A stretch of 64,000 bases of DNA from Octopus sinensis (lineage: Eukaryota), in the NCBI RefSeq assembly GCF_006345805.1, contig NC_042998.1:114390001-114454000 (forward strand). The letters run 5' to 3'. A program made the position numbers and the translations under genes. How positions within the stretch are numbered: position 1 is the stretch's first letter; each line of letters begins with the position of its first letter. Shown here piece by piece: positions 55,060 through 64,000 of the stretch. The notes below the pieces were generated by a model. That model searched no databases and had not been told where the DNA came from. It saw nothing but the letters and a program-made list of their open reading frames with translations.

Positions 55060-55560
55060 GGTCAATTTCGAGTGCTACTGGTAATATGTAGCCCAGTACA
55101 ACCTGTTGCATGGTCGGGTCGTAGGCGACTAAACCGGCAACCTCACCAAGCCTGGTTGGTGAGGAGGGTGTTTATTGGACACCCTGTGGGATGAAAAACA
55201 AAACCCGTCAAAGGGCGGAGGAATTCTTGAGAGTCAACGGCCATCCAATAAATGTCTTAAGGCTGTATCATGCGCGGGGACATAGAAATAATCGGACTGA
55301 ATACCCGATCGCGCGGTTAAACCATTGGGAGTGAAGGACTCCTAGCCTTTGTTAGGGCATCCTTCTAGGAGAAGGTAACTCATGTAACTGGGATAACTCC
55401 GACATAAAACCTGCGGCTCAGTGGTTACCGATGATGTTGACTTGTTCTTCTTTTCGGATTATGGCTGCTGTTGCTTAGTGAGTGGGATTGACTCAGTGCA
55501 CAGCCTTTCCTCTCTTTAAAAAAAATCTTCTTGCACAGGCATTGCACGATAACAATATTG
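55060..55560 (+). mobile_element. GC-richer non-coding interspersed element resembling a LINE 5' UTR, with several hairpins
   Basis: Hairpins 55141-55164 and 55166-55184; ctcctag/ctaggag pairing 55339-55371; the tagcctt.g...ctaggagaa motif recurs in the 5' region of the Dong element at about 23713-23742. Confidence 0.45.
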
Positions 55561-56026
55561 ATTAAGCTTCGTGCAATGGCCATACTCGATAACGAGGGGG
55601 CAGCCACCATGTATGAATGTATGTATGTATCTATCTGCGTTTTCATACACACAGACACACACAGACACACACACACATACACACACACATATATATATAC
55701 ATATACATATATATGTATATTATTTATTATATTTATTATACTATGGAAGAGTAGAGAATAAATGTATGACTTAAAAGGTTTGGTCGCTGTTTAGTTACAT
55801 ATTTAGGAATTAGTTATTGATTTACTTATTAATTTGTTTACAGATACTGTTGTACATAGGGTAAATGTGTTTCAAAATATGGTTTCTTTCCTATGTTTGT
55901 TCCAAACAACACTTATTTTAGTGCTGTTGACACAGCCTGATTGAATAGTACTGCCCAGGTGTCGAAACCATAATGATATCTGTGGAGCAGCTGATGATGG
56001 AGGTATGTTGGATAGTTGGTATATAC

Positions 56027-56085
<59 letters not shown>

Positions 56086-56194
56086 TATATGCATATTTAG
56101 GTCCTGTGGGGGTACATGTTAACTTATTTGAGACAAAGTACTGGAAGTGTTGGCTCTGCGTGTCAATAGTTTTTTAAATCAAAAACAACGAGTT

Positions 56195-56642
56195 CAGCTA
56201 AATACATTTTGCATCAAGCCGGACAAAATGCTTAGAGGTATTTCGTTCGACTTTTCGTTCTGGATCCAAATTCCGCCGAGGTCGAATTTGCCTTCCAACT
56301 TTCCGGTGTCGATAAAGTAGTACTAGTTGAGCACTGGGCTCGTTGTAATTGACTTACTCCAGCCCACAAAATTGCTGGATTTGTGCCAAAATTTGAAATC
56401 ATTGTTATTAGTATGTATAAGAATGTGAGCTGGTACAATCGTTAGCATGCCTGATAAAATGTTTAGCAAGAGTTGCTCTCCCTTTCTTTACGTTCTGAGT
56501 TTAAATTCTACCGGCGTCAACTTTGCCTTTCATCATTTTGAGGTCGATAAAATAAACTACCAGTCAAGTACTGGGGTCTACGTAATCAACTTTCCCCCTC
56601 CACTCATAACTGCAGTCATTGTACCGAAATTAGAAAGAATTA
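56195..56642 (+). mobile_element. Two same-orientation family A SINE copies
   Basis: aaattccgccgaggtcgaatttgcc and gttctgagtttaaattctaccggcgtcaactttgcctttcatc. Confidence 0.8.
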
Positions 56643-56939
56643 GTATTATTATTACTACTACTATGTATGAACATGTGTACGTGTGTGTGAGTATGCACTT
56701 GTGTTTGTAATGGGAAATATCGTTAATGACATTAACTCTGTTATTGTTTCATGTTATCAGATCGTTTCACTCTCAGCCAATTACTAATATTAAATGATAA
56801 GAGGATCGAAGTTCAATACTAATCGAGCAGATCACTTTTACAGCAAACGTTTACCGTAGTTTAACATTCCCATAATTGTAGATTTCTCCTGATTTATTTG
56901 ATTATACTAAACAATAGTAACAAGAACAACTACGGCAAT

Positions 56940-56975
<36 letters not shown>

Positions 56976-57030
56976 AATAATAATAATAATAGTAATAATA
57001 ATAATAAAAACAATAATAATAATGATGATG

Positions 57031-57062
<32 letters not shown>

Positions 57063-57077
57063 GATGATAATAATAAT

Positions 57078-57113
<36 letters not shown>

Positions 57114-59721
57114 AATGACAATTTTGATTATAAATTCTTTTTAGAGGCATCAGATGACTTGCATTAGAGACAGGTTACAATATTTGAGATTTACCTGAAG
57201 TGGAGTGAGGAGGAAAACAATCATTGTTTCTAAAACAGGTATCGGGACAGCAATTTCAATCTCTGTATTTAAATGATGCTGCTATAGAATCTGGTAGGAT
57301 GGAAGGCAAATTGACTTTGGCGGAATTTGGGCACAGAAACCTAAAGAGTTGTAAATAAAATGCGCGAGGCATTTGGAAAATGAGTAAAATAGAAAAGTCA
57401 GAATCATATTAGTTTTGGTGAAATAAAAGCAACAGAAGTAGAATCTTCCATCTACATTGAGTTACATCGTTTATGGAATCACTATCACATGACTTCGATT
57501 GTATCACATAACATTTTCCATGTATTGGTTATAACTGAAGAGCTCAATTCTTATGTACGAGTGGGTGAAGGGGGGGACTAGATTCTGTGCATGGTGGAAG
57601 TATAACAAAACGTAAAATTTTACATTTATCCCATGTTCCTCATGTTCTTTGAATTTTGCCCCACCTAGTTATCTATCATCATTTCGTCTTGAAAGTTTTC
57701 TTCGTATTCATATATATGACCTGTCACTCCATTCACAGGAATGTTAACACTATTCCTGGTTTGCTATTGACAGGAAATTAATTCATCCACAGCAATAAGG
57801 GCCTCACTTTCAAAGAAGATGAATTCATTCTCGCAGTAGAGCGTGTATTCTTCAAATGATTCTTCTCCACTTTATGTCTTTTAATTGCTTTTTAAAGGTG
57901 TGTTTTGGGCACCTTTGCACTAGTTCATAAATATCTGTTGCCATCCTTAGGCTTCTGTTTGCTTTCAAACCTCAAAAGTAGACGGGGTGTTACTTCTGCG
58001 GGGAAGGCGAGCTTTAATTTCAGCAGCTTCTCATTGGTGTTGTTTCTATGTCTCACACTCTCTTTCCCTCTCTTCGTCATTGTTACCGCCGTTTGTGGAT
58101 GGGAACGAAGTTTCTCAGCTTTTTAAGTAATTCTTGGATATTTTTTCTGACTTTTGCTGGTGCTCTGCTCGGTCTGCCCTCTATAGTTTGTTGTTAGTGT
58201 TTTTGCTATCTTTCTTGCAAACTTAAAACTTTTTTCCAGTGCTTACATGACTTTCATTGCCATATGTCCAGAAGAAGATCATTCTGCCCTGAATGATTTT
58301 CTTTCTGCTCACATTAAAGAACATAATTCTAAGATCGTTCTGGAGTCTTGAAGATTAGTGATGACCTACATATCTGCGACTACGCTCTATCATATGTCAC
58401 CAAAAGTTACATCGTTTCTGGAATCAATCTGACATGCACCACGGAAATGACCATTAGCGTAGGGTCGACTTCATCCTCGCTGTCGTTTGTAGCGACACCC
58501 GTGTTTCTTCGTGCGTCATGTTATAGGAAGTCTCTGCATCGTCCTCAATTTGGAAAACTACGAATAGGGTTCCGTATACTGTCTTTTTAATGGAGGACAG
58601 TTTACTCGACCTATCTACGAAAGATACCCCTAATTGCTACTAAGAAAGTAAAGGAAAGATTCCATGGTAATGTTACTTTCTCTTATCTCGTACTTCAGCT
58701 ATAGATTCTCGCGGAATGGAGCTCATCTTATGAATATATGTTTCCATCTTTTAGTTCTTTTGTCATATTTGGATTTCTCATGCATTTGCAAGACTTGCAT
58801 ACGATCATGTATGTATGTGCGAATATTATTGTTGTCATTGGTCTTGCTGCTGAAATTTCAATTTACTTTTTATTTTGTGCAGTTATTGAAATTTTCTCCA
58901 AAAATATTTATTTAAGCCCTATCCTGTTTCTGTTTAGGATAAATTTTGTTCAGTACGTCTCCATCACTTCGGGGCGCATGCCGAGGTATCAGGTCATCAT
59001 GCTTGACGCGAATAGTTTACTGTGTAAGAAAAATGGATTTATTTAGAAAGACAATCTCATTCTACTTCGAGACGTGTCAGACTACCAAACAATTCAATAA
59101 AAATCTCCTGCATGAAAATAAACACCCAAAATTTATTCTCAAGACTACTACAATCCAGATTCTGTTGGAGCGATCTGAAAGCATCTCTGTGATTGAGAAA
59201 ACAGTTAAAAGTGTCGAACAAAATGCTTTTCTATCAGCTTTTTCCGTTCTTGTTTGTAACGAAACCGAAGTTAACATTGCCTTTCACTCTATTAAGCTCA
59301 ATAAAGTAAAACTATCATTTAAGGACTGGAATTAATATAACTAATAAGTTACCTTCTAAAAAAATTTGAAGCTTTTTGCCTGTTTTAGAGGAAGGACCTA
59401 TTCTAACTTTTCAGCTTTAGCCTGGAATCAACAGATGGAAAAAGGTAGTTTTTCTCGGTGGTCAGGCTCATGAAATTTCTGCGAGTACATTTGGATTGGC
59501 CTCAGACACGTTCCTTCTCCTAGTAGAGGTATCTTGTTTTGTTCGAATACTTTGTTACTTGGCTTACATTCTTTTACGCATTTATATTTAAAGGCCCATT
59601 ATGCTTGTATTTAATAAAACAAAACATTTTTATAATAATAATAATAATAATAATAATGATGATGATGATAATGATAATAATGATAATAATAATAATAACA
59701 ATTCTCTTCTTTTTCTTCTTC

Positions 59722-59764
<43 letters not shown>

Positions 59765-60009
59765 ATTATTATTATTATTATTATTATTATTGTTATTATT
59801 ATCATTATTATCATTATTATTATTATTATCATCATTATTATTATTATTATTATTAGTGTGTTAGTATTAGCATTAGCGTCATATCACTGTGTTTTCTATT
59901 CACAATTCTTTCTTCAAAATTTTATAATAAAAATCGAAGTCTTATGTGCGGTAAAATAAAATACAGATTTGAAATACGGATTTTTCTAGTATCATCTTGC
60001 AACCACACA

Positions 60010-60040
<31 letters not shown>

Positions 60041-60181
60041 CATCTCTCTTTCTCTGTATGTGTGTGTGTGTGTGTGTGTGTGTGAATATATATATATATG
60101 TATGTATATATATATACACATACATATATATATATACATATATACATACATACATATATATATTTGTATATATATATATAT

Positions 60182-60256
<75 letters not shown>

Positions 60257-60314
60257 CATATATATATATATATACATATATACATACATACATAATATAT
60301 ATTTGTATATATTA

Positions 60315-60377
<63 letters not shown>

Positions 60378-61494
60378 CATACATGCACATATACGTATTT
60401 ACAAAAGGTAATTGCCGTAGACTCGCAAACGTATACCGAAATGTACGCTTTCATCACGCATACGCACGGATAAGTACATCAAAGACGCCAAGACACATAT
60501 GTTCTTGCGTAGAATTGATACACTCTAACACATGCACATACAAACTTCGAACAATGTTTGGTTTGCACGAATCAGTTTCCACACAGTGATATTTGTAGAG
60601 ATACCATGACGTATTAACAACAACAACAAAAATATAGAGAAATAATAAAGATAAACCAAAAAGTAATAATATGAATAAATAAATTAAAAAGGCAAAAAAA
60701 GAAAACCGATACATGATAACCAAGATAACAATTTCAACAAAAACTAATGATAAATGCAAGATAAAACATACACACAGACATGCATGTGCATAAATACATA
60801 CATGCATACATACATATACATACATGCATGCATACATACATATACACACATATATGTTTGTGTGTGTGTATGTTATATACACATAAACTACGTAAAATGC
60901 TTTAGAAGTACATATGCGCACATAGACACATTCACAGATACAGAACACGCACTTGCGTATAAATTCACATACAGCAACGTACATACACACACATTTACAC
61001 ATATGCGTACATCACATACACGCACTTACATTTATGTGCATACATTTTTCAGATATATACAAAAACATACACATAGAAAAAGCATTCAACCCCGCCAACA
61101 ACAAAAAAACAAGTAAACAAACAAACAAAAAACGAAAACAATGAAAAATACAATAGACCAATAAAATATCGAAATAATCCAACGAAAAAGAAAAAAATAG
61201 AGAAAATAAGGCCAAGTTTAATAGAAGTAAAGTTAATACAAGCTATTAGAACTATGTTTCAGATTTTCTTATCAATTGTTCATGAATCCTGCTGTTTGTT
61301 CAAGAGTTCTTTATTAAATGGTTTTATCTATACTCAGATTTCATGACTGGTGTGAAAACGTCTATAGATATATATACAAACACATTTTTGTATGTGTAGA
61401 AATATGTGTATATGAATGTAAATATGGAATTGATTATTTTTTGTCAGTATTTGTGTGTTATTTTTATATGTGCGTGAATGCGTCTGTTTAAGTG

Positions 61495-61630
<136 letters not shown>

Positions 61631-61753
61631 GCATATGTATATACATATATATATATAAGTGTTTAGAATATTTCTATACACATATGGCTTATATATACAT
61701 GCATACACTTAAAGAGAGGCATTCACACACACACACATATATATATGTATGTA

Positions 61754-61828
<75 letters not shown>

Positions 61829-61913
61829 TTTGTTATCTACATATGAGCGATTATGTAGACGTACGTATACATTTTTAACTGTATGTTTGTATGTTTGTGA
61901 GTGTGTGTAATTG

Positions 61914-61954
<41 letters not shown>

Positions 61955-62084
61955 ATAGGTTGCTTTTAGTGTATTCTTGTACGCGTGAGTATGTGCAAGT
62001 GCGTTCGTATGTGTATGAGCTTTTGAGTTGCGTGGATATAAGCTACTAGCTTTCGATATCGTCATGTATATGTTTTTGTTTTGT

Positions 62085-62310
62085 TTGTTTTTGTTTTTCC
62101 AGTTTCAGCTCTTGAGCTGTGGCCATGCTGGGGCACCGCCATTGTGGTGAAAAAGTACAGCAGGGATCACCACCCCCTGCGGAGCCTCGTAGAGCTTTTT
62201 TTAGGTGTTTTCGCTCAATAAACACACACAACGCCCGGTCTGAGAATCGAAACCGCGATCCTGCGACCGCGAGTCCGCTGCCCTAACCACTAGGCCATTG
62301 CGCCTCTACA
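62085..62310 (-). mobile_element. tRNA(Arg-like)-derived SINE with intact Pol III boxes
   Basis: Revcomp aggcgcaatggcctagtggttagggcagcggactcgcggtcgcaggatcgcggtttcgattctc (A-box TGGCCTAGTGG, B-box GGTTTCGATTC), tail ggcggtgccccagcatggccacagctc..gctgaaactgg. Confidence 0.85.
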
Positions 62311-62475
62311 TATGCGAGTATTTGTGTATGCACATGCACGTAAGTTTCTTTGTATTTCTTTGTATGCGTCTGTTACATTCTGTTACCGTTATTTTCATGT
62401 ATGTTTGAATTTCTGAGTACGTATCCCTAAATGTGACTGTACGTGCGCGCGCATATGGATGTGTATGTGTGTGTA

Positions 62476-62521
<46 letters not shown>

Positions 62522-63289
62522 AATATATGTGCGTGTATATCTTTCTATGTATATGCGATTTTTATGTTGGTGATATTTTCATGTTCGTGCAGGTGTACGT
62601 GTAAAGTATTGCTAATATATACACGTGTGTGTGTGTGTATGTGTGCGCGCGTGTTTTTCGTGTATTTTGCGTATATAAATGTGTGAATGAATGAGTGTGT
62701 GTATGTATTCGTGCGTGCATGTTTTATGTGTATGTACTTGTTATTTTGATAATAAAGTGTATTTATGAGCATTTGCGTATATGTGCACATGTGGGTGTGT
62801 ATGAGGCTTTTGCTCTTCATATGTTTGGTTCATTTGTATGTATAGTTGTATATGTGTATGTATAGTTGTGTGTGCGTCATTGTGTATGTGATTGTTCTAA
62901 TGTGTTTGTATGTATGTGAGTTCGTATATGCATGTGTACGTCAGTCATATGTGTGAAAGTATTTGTTTTCTTTTCCTATTTGCCTTCGATGGCCGAACGA
63001 TAACTTTAAGTGTAGAAACAAGCGTTCACTGGTTAGCTGATATCATATCTCACGGAGCAACACAAATTGAAAAATAAGAAACACACAACGAATAAGAAAT
63101 AATAGAAACGAATAAAAAACCATCGAAACGTATCGGAAAAATAGGAGTGAACGTAACATCATAACGATTGCTCAAAATTATTTCTCAATACTAAGAAATC
63201 TTCCCTGCATGTGGGTATGCGTGTATATGCGTGTGTGCGTGTGTGCATGTGTGCATGTGTGTATATTTGAATGCATATATATGTATGTA

Positions 63290-63343
<54 letters not shown>

Positions 63344-63734
63344 GTTTTTTTTAAACATTTTATGTCAATTTAAAATAAAAGCAATCATTAACTGTGGGAT
63401 ACTCAAGACTTTTGCAGAGTACGTATTTATTATTCGTTAAAATGAATAGTGTTCAGAGCAACAATGACCTTTCAGGCGATGAATACCAAGCAGGCCGAAA
63501 GCTTGAAGATATTATAAACATTGTTCTCGTAGAATTATGCAAACATGCATGCACGCATACAAACATACATACGTATACGTATACGCACACACACACACAC
63601 ACATACTCAGACATGTATACATATAAAGTTGGAACTTACAAAAAAATAAAGACGAAGACAAGTGTATAAACAGATATATACATATATATATACGCATACA
63701 TACATATATATATGTATTATATATATATTTGTAC

Positions 63735-63812
<78 letters not shown>

Positions 63813-63814
63813 AC

Positions 63815-63861
<47 letters not shown>

Positions 63862-64000
63862 CTGCATGGAATACGTTAGCTCCAATCTAATTACGTCATG
63901 CCACCAATCGCAATTCACTTAAATATATATATTAGTATGCTGCTATTCTTTAGATTCAGTTCAACGTAAGTCAAGAAGACTTGATCAAAGATGTTCAGTT

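Noticed and set aside
55085-55140. Possible HDV-like ribozyme (gtcg-tagg-cgac-taa-accggc resembles P4-J4/2-P2')
   Set aside because: No consistent P1, P2 and P3/L3 assignment could be built upstream.
55930-56010. ctgattga...gaaac and ctgatga motifs
   Set aside because: Core has an extra base, stem II and III pairings are absent.
62235-62310. Possible tRNA gene
   Set aside because: Cloverleaf and acceptor stem are imperfect and it continues into a SINE body and tail.

Overview
AT-rich, microsatellite-saturated eukaryotic DNA, almost entirely non-genic or intronic. The repeat repertoire (tRNA-headed SINEs, R4/Dong, RTE, Tx1 LINEs, massive (TA)n/(AAT)n/(CA)n) is what I associate with Octopus-type coleoid cephalopod genomes; this host call is inference. 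Most ORFs in the supplied track are microsatellite artefacts. No intact gene is identifiable; a few low-confidence spliced-exon candidates lie on the minus strand. Recognisable content: four or five decayed R4/Dong-clade RLE retrotransposons arranged in two same-orientation trains within (AAT)n arrays (18.9-28.8 kb plus; 38.1-43.9 kb minus), two copies of a ~0.55-kb non-coding element in the same trains, 3' fragments of HERO-, RTE-, Tx1- and Vingi/Ingi-like LINEs, an internally deleted mariner, and about 20 SINE copies. The most notable signal is RNA-structural: a type I hammerhead ribozyme with an intact core at 33832-33912 inside a partially tandem-duplicated, Penelope/retrozyme-like element, and a second, variant hammerhead present as two inverted copies forming a 145-bp foldback at 3715-3859. 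Coordinates of decayed repeats are approximate (tens of bp).
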